From: a virus
Length of the DNA stretch: 64,000 nucleotides
Strand: one strand, 5' to 3'
Virus record (IMG/VR): IMGVR_UViG_3300020220_004906
Span: 11,463 to 75,462 of that record
Each line of letters starts with the position of its first letter. The stretch's first letter is position 1. Below, piece by piece: positions 8,834-17,949 of the stretch. A program made the translations under genes and the position numbers. Below the pieces are notes generated by a model that saw only the letters and a list, made by a program, of their open reading frames with translations, was not told where the DNA came from and made no database searches.

Positions 8834-9655
8834 ATGAGACTGGAAACACTACAACCCTATGGTGTAAAAATATACGACTCATCAGCTGATCAAGTATTAC
8901 GAGACACAGATAAGATCATCGACCTCATGATGCAAAACAAAATTTTAATTTTTAAGAACTTTGAGGCCACCCCGGATCAGTTGGTGGCCATAAACAAAAA
9001 ATTTGGCACACCCGTGCGGCACGCCAAGTGGAGGACCAATGCCCTCAAAACACATCCAGAGATATATGTGTTGCACAATGACAAGACCAAAGGACAATTA
9101 AGTCCGGAGATCTGGCACATAGACCAGTCATTCATGCAGTGTCCACCCACATTCAGTTTCTTGTATTCAATCACAGTGGCGCGGGTTGGCGGAACCACGA
9201 TATTCTCAGATCAGTCCGCTGTGTACAGAGATCTCCCCCTCGACATCAAAAAGAAGATCACAGGCAAAGTAGCAGTACACAAACACGCAACTGATTATTT
9301 TTCATCTGCTGTGCCCACGCAAGAAGAGTTGAAAGAAATGCATGCGGACGATTTGGTGTATCATCCCCTGGTTATGCCGCATTGGATATCAGGAGAGAAT
9401 TGTTTATTTTCTGTGTATGGTCACATACGACAGATATTGGGGCTCAGCAAGGAAGAGAGCGATCGCCTGTTAGAGGAGTTACGCAGATATGCCACCAATG
9501 AAAAATATGTGTATGAGCATCACTGGGACAGGAAGGATTTTCTTATCTGGGACAACATCAGCATGCTGCATTCTGCCAAAGGAACAATTGACAGCCTCGA
9601 TGATCAATATTCCAGAGAGATCTGGCGAATGAACAGCCGACACGGCGACGTCTAA
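8834..9655 (+). CDS. TauD/TfdA-family 2OG dioxygenase
   Basis: WHIDQSF, GGTT, HPLV..H, WDNISMLH, terminal R. Confidence 0.9.
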   Translation: MRLETLQPYGVKIYDSSADQVLRDTDKIIDLMMQNKILIFKNFEATPDQLVAINKKFGTPVRHAKWRTNALKTHPEIYVLHNDKTKGQLSPEIWHIDQSFMQCPPTFSFLYSITVARVGGTTIFSDQSAVYRDLPLDIKKKITGKVAVHKHATDYFSSAVPTQEELKEMHADDLVYHPLVMPHWISGENCLFSVYGHIRQILGLSKEESDRLLEELRRYATNEKYVYEHHWDRKDFLIWDNISMLHSAKGTIDSLDDQYSREIWRMNSRHGDV

Positions 9656-9736
9656 TTTTCAATCAAAATTTCAGCACGCTAACTTACGCTGTCGCTTGTT
9701 GGAAAAAAATTGCGCTGACGCAGTGCGTCTAAAATA

Positions 9737-11428
9737 TCAGCTCTTGGTAAAATTCTCTAGCACGAATGTTTTGGCGTCATAGCATTCTACATAGTCGGAA
9801 TTGTTGGCGTGCCTCACAGTGCCTTGTCCCCAGATCACGTCCTGATCATGCAAGGACACAGCACGCTTGATTGTGACATCGATATATTGTCCGTTACCCA
9901 CACCCAGCGTGACGAACGTGATGTACTGTCCCCGATCTCCACGAAATATCCTACCATTGGCTACCAGTCCTGCGAATTCAACTCGATCCATGTACAATTC
10001 TTTCACGTACAATCCGTCAAGAAATTTCTTGCCTGACCACCAGCCGTATTTCCTATATTGGAACTGCGGAGTGTCCCATCGATCTGAGCAGGAGGGAGTA
10101 ACTACCTCCAGTCCCGCACGCTTGCTTTCTAATTTGTACACCCAGCGACGATAGGAGCCCTGGCAGTGCTTCATGCAGGCCTCCCAGAATTTCTTGTTGT
10201 TGTGTGCCTTTTGATAGGCCAGTGCCCAGATTAGCCTGCCTAAATTCACCGCGTGTGCTCGGCACAGTCCAAAACCCGAAAGGCTCTGCAGCATGGTTAT
10301 TATTTCTGATTTCCTTGGATGGTTGCCCAGTCTCGTGGTGAATTCTAAAATTTTTTCTTCGTTTTTCTTGGCGAAGGCGCGTCTGTACATGTCGGCTTCG
10401 TATTTGTCTATGTCCAGCACTTCTGCTATTCTGTCTATGGCGTCATCTTCATACACTATGGTGTCCTCCATGCGCTCTTGGCTCCAGTCATGGAACATGG
10501 TGGCCTTCTTTCTGCCGGACACGGCCACTGGCCTTATGAGGGCAGTGGCGAACACGCAGTCCTTCCTGCTGGTGGGTTTTATCGCTCTGAAAAGTCTCCT
10601 CATCGCGGGCGACTCCGCCTGGGTGACCCCCAGCACGTCACCTCTGCACAGCAGTTCTGCCGTGGCATCATCGCGCTCGGGATATTCTGTCAGTTTTGTG
10701 TGTGGGTCGATCTCCAGTAATTGGCTCAGCCCTCTGTTGGCCAGTATGTCTACCTTGAGGTGTTCCAGGTCCTCCACTTCGTTCTTGTCCAGCAGTATCT
10801 GATTTTCAGCTGTGAACAGGCTTTTTGGCAAGGCTCTGCCGAACATCAATATTCCGCCGCAGTGTTTGGATATGCATCTCTTCTTCCCCAGCAATTTCTT
10901 CTCTATCCTAGCGGCCTCCCTGATGTCGATGTTGAGAGACTCATATTTGAAATTGCGAGGCAGATTGCCCTTTGCACCCAATCTCTTTGCAGCTTCTCTT
11001 CTCGCACTTTTGTCCCTGTACAGCACATAATTGGATATCCTGGCGGATCTTCCGGGCCAGCGATCGAATATTCTCTGCATGACCTCCTCCTGTTTGTGGT
11101 GTGGGAAGTCTATGTCCACGTCCGGGAGGTCGTCCCTATTGGGATTGAGGAAACGTGCTATGGGTATGTTCCATTCTATGGGATCCACATCAGTGATGCC
11201 CAACAGATAGCACACCAAGGATGATCCCGCGGAGCCCCTGGTCATGTGTGGTATGTCTCTAGTCAGAGACATGATGTCACATATCTGTATGAAGTAATCT
11301 ACGAAGCGTAATTGCAGTATGATCTTGGTTTCCTCGGCCAGACGCTGCGTGTGTTGTTCCGAGTCCGGACACTGCCTGATGAATCTTTCGTACAGCCTGG
11401 TTATGTCGTTTAGTTCCTGATCTTTCAT
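9737..11428 (-). CDS. dnaE: PHP-less DNA polymerase III alpha (DnaE-like, family C)
   Basis: RGSAGSSLVCYLLGITDVDP, PDVDIDF, HCGG, KVDIL, GVTQAES, C-terminal OB-like region. Confidence 0.9.
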   Translation of the reverse strand: MKDQELNDITRLYERFIRQCPDSEQHTQRLAEETKIILQLRFVDYFIQICDIMSLTRDIPHMTRGSAGSSLVCYLLGITDVDPIEWNIPIARFLNPNRDDLPDVDIDFPHHKQEEVMQRIFDRWPGRSARISNYVLYRDKSARREAAKRLGAKGNLPRNFKYESLNIDIREAARIEKKLLGKKRCISKHCGGILMFGRALPKSLFTAENQILLDKNEVEDLEHLKVDILANRGLSQLLEIDPHTKLTEYPERDDATAELLCRGDVLGVTQAESPAMRRLFRAIKPTSRKDCVFATALIRPVAVSGRKKATMFHDWSQERMEDTIVYEDDAIDRIAEVLDIDKYEADMYRRAFAKKNEEKILEFTTRLGNHPRKSEIITMLQSLSGFGLCRAHAVNLGRLIWALAYQKAHNNKKFWEACMKHCQGSYRRWVYKLESKRAGLEVVTPSCSDRWDTPQFQYRKYGWWSGKKFLDGLYVKELYMDRVEFAGLVANGRIFRGDRGQYITFVTLGVGNGQYIDVTIKRAVSLHDQDVIWGQGTVRHANNSDYVECYDAKTFVLENFTKS

Positions 11429-11465
11429 TGCCTTTTTTGCCTATTATTGCCTTGAGCAATATTAG

Positions 11466-12167
11466 TTATCTGGTCAAAGGTTGTGCGGAAATTTTTTGGT
11501 GTTCTCTCAATTTACTTTTAGGTATGTCAACATCTCTGCGATCACAAGCTGCTTTAATAATACAGGTGTCACACAGCGGACTGCGTGATTTACATACCAT
11601 TTTCGCATGAGTGATCAACCACATGTGGGCCCCATATTTGTATGATTGAGGAGTGGTAGCATTCACAGTGATAGATGCTTTGCTTTCATCCAAAGAATCC
11701 ACCCAGCCCAATCTCCACAGCATTCTGAATACATGGGTGTCCACTGCTATGTGTGGCTGTCCCCAAACAAATCGCATCACGATATCTGAGCTCTTGCGCC
11801 CCACGCCGGGCAGTGTCATCAATTCCTCTTGTGTCTGTGGGACCTTGCCATTAAATTTTTCTATCAGCATCTTGCTCGTGGCCAATATGTTTTTTGATTT
11901 TGCGTTGAACAGCCCGGCCGGGCGTATGGCTTCTATAATTTCTTGCTGGGTGAGTTTGAGCATGTCTTCGGGGGTGCTGGCGAGGGAGAACAGTTGCCTG
12001 CAGGCGACCGCCGTCCTAGCGTCCTGTGACTGGGCGCTGAGCATCACACCTATGAGGCTGGTGTATGCCCTGGAATAGATTTTAGCTTTGGGCTTACGAT
12101 TGGAGTGCGTGGGATAGAGCTGACTTAGTTTTTCATAGATATAAGATATGTCGTTACTGTTCTTCAT
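11466..12167 (-). CDS. nth: Endonuclease III (HhH-GPD glycosylase/AP lyase)
   Basis: LSAQ, LPGVGRK, VDTHV, C-x6-C-x2-C-x5-C 4Fe-4S motif. Confidence 0.93.
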   Translation of the reverse strand: MKNSNDISYIYEKLSQLYPTHSNRKPKAKIYSRAYTSLIGVMLSAQSQDARTAVACRQLFSLASTPEDMLKLTQQEIIEAIRPAGLFNAKSKNILATSKMLIEKFNGKVPQTQEELMTLPGVGRKSSDIVMRFVWGQPHIAVDTHVFRMLWRLGWVDSLDESKASITVNATTPQSYKYGAHMWLITHAKMVCKSRSPLCDTCIIKAACDRRDVDIPKSKLREHQKISAQPLTR

Positions 12168-12820
12168 CGGAATGCAGTTCGTTCAGCGATTGTAGGGTCA
12201 TTCTTACCAATAAACTTAAAACCGTCTAGACGATCCAAACAATTTGAACATACGCCACACGGATTCATGCTTGGTTGGTGACATGACCTAGTCAACATTA
12301 TATATTCTTGATATCCTAAATCATAATAGGCCTTGATTGTGTCCTCTTTATGTAGATTTAAAAAAGGAGCAAAAATTTTTTGATTATTTTGTAGATATAA
12401 ATTTAATCCGTTGATCCATTCCTGGGAGGAGCAATATCCATATCTGACAATATTTGCACCAACAAATATTTTATCTAAATTTGGGACACTATTCCAGACC
12501 CGCAGTAAAAATTCTTCTTTGACCCCATTTCGTGTCAATGTTTTATCATTGGTTATATCTATTTCAATTTCTTGATAGTTTGTAAGATTTAATTTTTTTG
12601 TTATTGCATTGACATATCTATGGTATATAGGCACCGGAGAGTTATCTGTTGTTACATTTTTTTGAGAAAATACATACACATTATTTTTACCATATCTTTC
12701 AATGCAAATCAATAATATTAATGAAGATTCTAAACCAGCAGAAAAAGATACTGCTATTTTTTTATAGATATTAGGAAAATATGTGTCTAAATTTAAAGAA
12801 ATATCTTTAGTTGTTTCCAT
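12164..12820 (-). CDS. QueC-like PP-loop ATPase
   Basis: SFSAGLES, APF..K, TRSC..PCGVCSNCLDR. Confidence 0.7.
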   Translation of the reverse strand: METTKDISLNLDTYFPNIYKKIAVSFSAGLESSLILLICIERYGKNNVYVFSQKNVTTDNSPVPIYHRYVNAITKKLNLTNYQEIEIDITNDKTLTRNGVKEEFLLRVWNSVPNLDKIFVGANIVRYGYCSSQEWINGLNLYLQNNQKIFAPFLNLHKEDTIKAYYDLGYQEYIMLTRSCHQPSMNPCGVCSNCLDRLDGFKFIGKNDPTIAERTAFR

Positions 12821-12823
12821 TAA

Positions 12824-14260
12824 TTACTGCTCTTCGTCTGAATGAAGATCATTTAACAATTGTCTCAACTTGCTGCCTTCCACTGTGGCTCTGATTTTAC
12901 CCACTTCATCCCCCTTGGTTGGATCTGGTTCTATCCTCGCATCTGTGGCAGTGCCGTCTGGCGAAATTTTGCTTCTCTGTTTTAGATTGTCATATATGGT
13001 CGATGTTTGTTTTTTAAACTGTTGATACTCTGGATCATCTGCAAGATCTCTTATTCGCAATGTGTCCACATCAAATTCTAGATCCACTTTCTGCCCTACG
13101 CCGCTGCTGCTCCTAGTCTTCATGAACTGCAGCTGATATCTACCACGCTCCTTCATCGCTCGACTAGTGAATATACCAAAAACGTTGTCTGCTGTCTGTA
13201 CCTTGCTCAATCCGCCCGCTATGTGGCTGTGGTCAAATTCAATTTCCTCCACAGATGCCCTATTCAGCTGTGACGCTGTGGCCATCAGCATTTTGGATTC
13301 CACGGCCAAATTCCTTAGCTCCTCTGACACGTACTTGTCTTTGATGAACAGGTCTGCCGGTGATACTCGTTTGCTCTTGGGCATCATGAGATCGAGATAA
13401 TCAATCAATATACAATCTATTTTTCTTTTAGATTTGATCTCTAATTCTTTTATATATGTTTTTATATCTAATACTGTGCTGGCCGATGGCAAATATTTGA
13501 TTTGCAGATTGCCTGATTTCTTAGCGAGCAGTTTGATCTTCATTTCAACGTTTTCGATCTCGGGAAATATTTTCCTTGTGGGTATATTAGTGATCATAGC
13601 ATCCAATCTCATCGCCACCAACATCTCGCTCAATTCAAAAGTGATATAACAACAGTTCAAGCCAGAGCTGGCCCAGTTCACCGCTAGATTTTGTAAGAAC
13701 AAAGATTTACCTGCACCTGATCCGCCTGCAAATATGTTCAGCTCACCGCGATTGAATCCACCAAACAATTTCTTGTCGATGCTGGGCCAACCTGTGCTGA
13801 CCTGTCCATTAGAGTTTTTTAATCGCTCTAATCTACCTCGAGGATCCTCGAAGTAATCCGTACCCATGTCTCTGGTCAATCCAATATTGACCGCTGCCTT
13901 GATCTTGTCTTCCACAGGAGCATAATCACCATGCTCTAACAAATCTGCAGATTCCAGTATGGCACGTGAGAGTGCTTTGTGTCGGGAAAACGTTTCGAAC
14001 TCATCTAATAACCAAGAGAAATGAGATGGGTCTAAATCTTTTGCTGATTTTAATTTGATGTCAAACTTGGCATTCACTTGCTCAACTTCCGGCAATACCT
14101 TATACTGCTCGGCATAGTCTTTGATAAATTTTGCGATGGGTATCAATTTTCTATCAAAATTATTGCTGTCAAAAATATTCTGTGATCTAGCGTATGATTC
14201 CGCATCAGCCAATAACATTTCTAGATATAATTTTTGTACGTCGAAGGTATAGTCAGCCAT
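12824..14260 (-). CDS. Replicative helicase (DnaB/T4 gp41-like)
   Basis: GGSGAGKS, IDYLDLM, ASQLNR, KTR. Confidence 0.93.
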   Translation of the reverse strand: MADYTFDVQKLYLEMLLADAESYARSQNIFDSNNFDRKLIPIAKFIKDYAEQYKVLPEVEQVNAKFDIKLKSAKDLDPSHFSWLLDEFETFSRHKALSRAILESADLLEHGDYAPVEDKIKAAVNIGLTRDMGTDYFEDPRGRLERLKNSNGQVSTGWPSIDKKLFGGFNRGELNIFAGGSGAGKSLFLQNLAVNWASSGLNCCYITFELSEMLVAMRLDAMITNIPTRKIFPEIENVEMKIKLLAKKSGNLQIKYLPSASTVLDIKTYIKELEIKSKRKIDCILIDYLDLMMPKSKRVSPADLFIKDKYVSEELRNLAVESKMLMATASQLNRASVEEIEFDHSHIAGGLSKVQTADNVFGIFTSRAMKERGRYQLQFMKTRSSSGVGQKVDLEFDVDTLRIRDLADDPEYQQFKKQTSTIYDNLKQRSKISPDGTATDARIEPDPTKGDEVGKIRATVEGSKLRQLLNDLHSDEEQ

Positions 14261-14284
14261 AAATCCTTTTATTTCCTCATATGA

Positions 14285-15472
14285 TTATAACACATTTTCT
14301 ATTTGAAGCCACTCTAAAAATGTTTTTGGAAATATTTTTAAATCGAGGTTCTTACGTCTTTTTGTGAATTCACATAGGAATTCTCTGATGTTCTTCCTTT
14401 CCAACTCGCTGGGCTCTTGTTTTATTGATTTTAATATAGGTTCATAAACACTTTTTGGTAATGTTGATAGATCCTGTGCAATCAAATCCTTGCTCTTTTT
14501 ATCAATGATGTGCGGACTCATCATTCTTGGTTGATAGGAGAACGTCACAATTATTTTATGTGATTTGTATTGGTCGTAAAATTTTTTGAATCCAAACAGG
14601 GTGAGATTGGATAATGTTGAATGAAATTCAAAATTAATCTTTTCTTTTTTAAATATATCAATCTTGTGAGAAAACTCTATCCATTTGACACCGTATCTAT
14701 TAAATTCTAATAGTTGGTCTATGTTTTCAGAACTTATTTTTACAACAAGATTTTTTATTTTTTTTATTTTTCCTATCATGTTCAAAAATCTAGAATTACT
14801 TAGACCTAGACCTGTGTACATTTCTATCTGTGTCATAGCGGGTAGATTTAATTGTTCTAAAGTATCTATGAGAGCATTATCTAACAATGGTTCTCCACCA
14901 GTTATAACTAATTTTTTCAACTTTGCTGCAGATAGTTCTATCTCTTTCAATAAGATTTTGTAGTGCTCTGTATTTTTTAATTTTGATTGACTGATTCTCA
15001 ACATGAACTTGTCTTTGATGTTGCCTTGATATCTATCATCCTGAGAATCCGTTATATCATAATTGCCATTGGTTAGGACGTCTCTCCTCCAGGCATTGCT
15101 GTATTCTTTGCAACAGTATGAACAGGTTAGATTGCAATCCGCTCCTATGGTCAAATCGATTATCTCTGGCCGTGTGACAGCTTCTTGGTGTGTTTTTTCC
15201 ACGCCGCCCTGATACAACCTTGGGCTTTGTGCGCCGTTGTCTTCTGCTTTCCAGCAATTCTGTTCGCAACTGGCATTGCGTTCGTTTCTTAACATTTGCT
15301 CTCGTTCGAATACATTCACTTTGCTGTTAAAAAGATTACCGGGGTTTTCTTTCAGCCAATCGAAATCTATTGAATGCGGAGCTGCCGCATGACAATTATA
15401 TGTTGTTTTAGATCCTAAATCAATTTTTAGGAATTTAAATTTCATTGAACAATAATAGTTTCTACTGTCCAT
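14285..15472 (-). CDS. Radical SAM protein (twitch-domain type)
   Basis: CNLTCSYC, GGEP; similar layout to 1731-3023. Confidence 0.85.
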   Translation of the reverse strand: MDSRNYYCSMKFKFLKIDLGSKTTYNCHAAAPHSIDFDWLKENPGNLFNSKVNVFEREQMLRNERNASCEQNCWKAEDNGAQSPRLYQGGVEKTHQEAVTRPEIIDLTIGADCNLTCSYCCKEYSNAWRRDVLTNGNYDITDSQDDRYQGNIKDKFMLRISQSKLKNTEHYKILLKEIELSAAKLKKLVITGGEPLLDNALIDTLEQLNLPAMTQIEMYTGLGLSNSRFLNMIGKIKKIKNLVVKISSENIDQLLEFNRYGVKWIEFSHKIDIFKKEKINFEFHSTLSNLTLFGFKKFYDQYKSHKIIVTFSYQPRMMSPHIIDKKSKDLIAQDLSTLPKSVYEPILKSIKQEPSELERKNIREFLCEFTKRRKNLDLKIFPKTFLEWLQIENVL

Positions 15473-16481
15473 ATCCTTTTTTCCTCAAATCTATTTTTAA
15501 CGCTGAAGATTCTGTAGATTTCAATATTGATTGTAGGGTAAACAATCTACCATATTTAGATACGGCGTCAGCAACGTCGATGACGCTGTGAGGCCATTGC
15601 GGAAATGCCACGCTCCAACCAAAATCCTTGGCCTGTTCTATAAGTTTTTGTCCTGCTTGATCTCTATCTGGCACAACAATAATCTGCCTATTTAGGCCTT
15701 GTATCAACTCCCTTTGTGTATCACCAATTTCGGAACCCAATATAGCAACCCCGCTCAATGATATGGCATCAAACGGTCCCTCCATGACCAACACAAATTT
15801 TCTCTGCCAGTCTTGGGCATCCATATTGAACACATATCCTGGTTGTGTCTCTGTCCAATATTTCATTTCTTTGTTACCAGTGTCAAACAATCTACCAGTA
15901 TGTCCAATTATTTCACCATGCCAATAGAAAGGCACAATCACCCTGCGATGGAAATCAGCAGTCTGATCTGGAGAATAATAAAAATCATACCAATCGGGCT
16001 CAATGCCTCGTCTCTTCAAATAATTTAGTAATTGATCTATTTTTTCGTACTGAGCAGTTGTGAGATCCTGTGCAAGATATTTTTCTAACCAAATTTCTAA
16101 CTTGTGGGAATTTTTAGGCAGTGATTTTTTTTGAAAAGTTATAAATTTTTTCTTTTCATACTTTATATCAGCTTCTTCATGACGCATAGCCTCTATGGCT
16201 AATTTTTTAATGGTATCTTCAGCGATACCTAGCCATCCCATAAGGGTTTTCATCTTGATGGACAGCTTACGACCAATGACATAAGATGCTGTATATCCAC
16301 AATTGAAACAGTGATAACTGAGAGTACCGTCTGCAGATGTCATTACTCCACCACGTTTTCTCTTATCGGTGGACTCCCCATTGTATACACAACAAGGTGC
16401 GTTAAAACTTAACCAACCCGATGGTGTTTTTTTCCTTCCGGCCGGCAAGGATGTCAGAATAGTAGATTGGATCAGGTTCAT
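15462..16481 (-). CDS. DNA primase (gp61/DnaG-like)
   Basis: Zn finger ..CC..HCFNC, TOPRIM EGPFDA and PDRD. Confidence 0.85.
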   Translation of the reverse strand: MNLIQSTILTSLPAGRKKTPSGWLSFNAPCCVYNGESTDKRKRGGVMTSADGTLSYHCFNCGYTASYVIGRKLSIKMKTLMGWLGIAEDTIKKLAIEAMRHEEADIKYEKKKFITFQKKSLPKNSHKLEIWLEKYLAQDLTTAQYEKIDQLLNYLKRRGIEPDWYDFYYSPDQTADFHRRVIVPFYWHGEIIGHTGRLFDTGNKEMKYWTETQPGYVFNMDAQDWQRKFVLVMEGPFDAISLSGVAILGSEIGDTQRELIQGLNRQIIVVPDRDQAGQKLIEQAKDFGWSVAFPQWPHSVIDVADAVSKYGRLFTLQSILKSTESSALKIDLRKKGYGQ

Positions 16482-16487
16482 CCTACT

Positions 16488-16516
16488 ATTTTAATGCCTA
16501 TAAAGTATTTTGTCAA
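16488..16516 (-). promoter_or_regulatory. sigma70-type promoter for primase
   Basis: TTGACA-17 nt-TAAAAT, 6 nt before ATG. Confidence 0.65.
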
Positions 16517-17291
16517 TTCGTCCGGTATTACCTGTGTGATTAGCCCAACTAAATCTAACATTTTGGTAAACACCTGTAAAATTGTAATAGGTCACACTGG
16601 ACGAATTATCAAAGTTGATTGTGTTGGAATGGTCTGCTGCAGTGATATCAAAATAATCATTGTGATCAGGTATCGCCGCCATGGTTCCTTGAATTCTTAA
16701 AGAACCAGAGAATGATTTTGTGTATACCGCAATGGTGTGCAGTGCCGTGTTATTATTGATTCCGGGATTGGCGTCTATCGCTGAACTTGTTCTGCTGAGT
16801 GGTCCGCCTGTGTCAGTGAAACTTGCAATTTCTGCACTGTTTATCATGTCAGGATAAGCACCGTCCAATACTTCAACAGTGCCAGCAGCATTGTAAGAAC
16901 TGTCAGCAAAGGTCACTGTCCGAGAATTATCTGCGGCTACTTCTCTGATAGCATAATTATAAAACTTGGCATCCAGCCCCAAAAGATCGCCCTCGGTGAC
17001 ATTTATGCTGGCAGTTCCTTTAGATGAGAGCGTGGAGCCATCATCTAAAATATTTAAGTTTCTGGTTAAAACAGACCTTTTAGTCTCAGAATCTATCAGT
17101 ACAAACTCATAAGTTTTAGCTGTGACATCTTGTGCCTTTTGATCTTCGTTCTTGAATATAAAAGTAAGCGGATTTGACACTCCTTTATACAGTTTTATGC
17201 GTCTATTGTACACAGTAGAATTCCTTCCATGATAACCAGATGTGCATACAATTACCACATTGTTTAGTAAATACCTTGCTACAGTTTGCAT
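16491..17291 (-). CDS. Hypothetical beta-rich protein, possibly virion
   Basis: 266 aa; TAAATA upstream. Confidence 0.65.
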   Translation of the reverse strand: MQTVARYLLNNVVIVCTSGYHGRNSTVYNRRIKLYKGVSNPLTFIFKNEDQKAQDVTAKTYEFVLIDSETKRSVLTRNLNILDDGSTLSSKGTASINVTEGDLLGLDAKFYNYAIREVAADNSRTVTFADSSYNAAGTVEVLDGAYPDMINSAEIASFTDTGGPLSRTSSAIDANPGINNNTALHTIAVYTKSFSGSLRIQGTMAAIPDHNDYFDITAADHSNTINFDNSSSVTYYNFTGVYQNVRFSWANHTGNTGRIDKILYRH

Positions 17292-17324
17292 AATACATTG
17301 CTCACTGTATTTATTGAATATAAC

Positions 17325-17699
17325 ATGAATGAAATTTTTGAAACATTAAAAAATAAATTCCCGTTTTTATCCCTTATACGCAAAGGAGATTTAGAATTTG
17401 TTGGAATCATACAAAATCAAGATAATCAAGTCACAAGCTTCTATGACTATGGGCGTATAATGTTGCCAGCAGATAAAATGAAATTCTTAAAACTGGGTGA
17501 AATGTGGTGGTGGGAATCCAATAGAAAAATTCCTATCAACATATTTTTGAAGAAAGATTTTTTGTATTTCAAACCAACGTTGGTAACTTTATCCAGCAAA
17601 GACATTAAAATAATGCATGGACCTGTGGTGAGATTAGAGGATATTTCCAAGAAAAGAGTCAAACGCCGAACTATACAGCTGATGCGCAGGCCGATTTAA
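17325..17699 (+). CDS. Hypothetical phage protein
   Basis: WWWESNR motif; start moved to ATG 17325. Confidence 0.7.
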   Translation: MNEIFETLKNKFPFLSLIRKGDLEFVGIIQNQDNQVTSFYDYGRIMLPADKMKFLKLGEMWWWESNRKIPINIFLKKDFLYFKPTLVTLSSKDIKIMHGPVVRLEDISKKRVKRRTIQLMRRPI

Positions 17700-17723
17700 T
17701 CTTTAATTTAATTTTTTTTAAAT

Positions 17724-17945
17724 TTAATCTAAATCTTCATAATAAAATAGGAAAGCCACTATGGCTCCCATGGCTCCCAAAACAAAGAAGAATGGCCCAC
17801 AGGCCGCCGCCGCCAATTTAAGCGTTCCAAGCTGGTGCCATTTGAGATTGAATATAACTAGAGGTCCCACGCTCAATGATAAGAATAGGTAAATGAATAT
17901 TGCCCATTCTGGCAGTGTCTTTAAAAATTTTTGTATACTTTTCAT
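17724..17945 (-). CDS. Small 2-TM membrane protein
   Basis: Two hydrophobic segments. Confidence 0.55.
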   Translation of the reverse strand: MKSIQKFLKTLPEWAIFIYLFLSLSVGPLVIFNLKWHQLGTLKLAAAACGPFFFVLGAMGAIVAFLFYYEDLD

Positions 17946-17949
17946 TCAT

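Noticed and set aside
12164-12820. 7-deazaguanine DNA modification pathway
   Set aside because: Only a divergent QueC-like gene; no FolE, QueD or DpdA recognisable in the window, and the radical SAMs are not QueE-sized
1-12820. Bacterial host DNA flanking a prophage
   Set aside because: No integrase, att site or housekeeping operons; the same TAAATA start motif occurs here and in the virion genes
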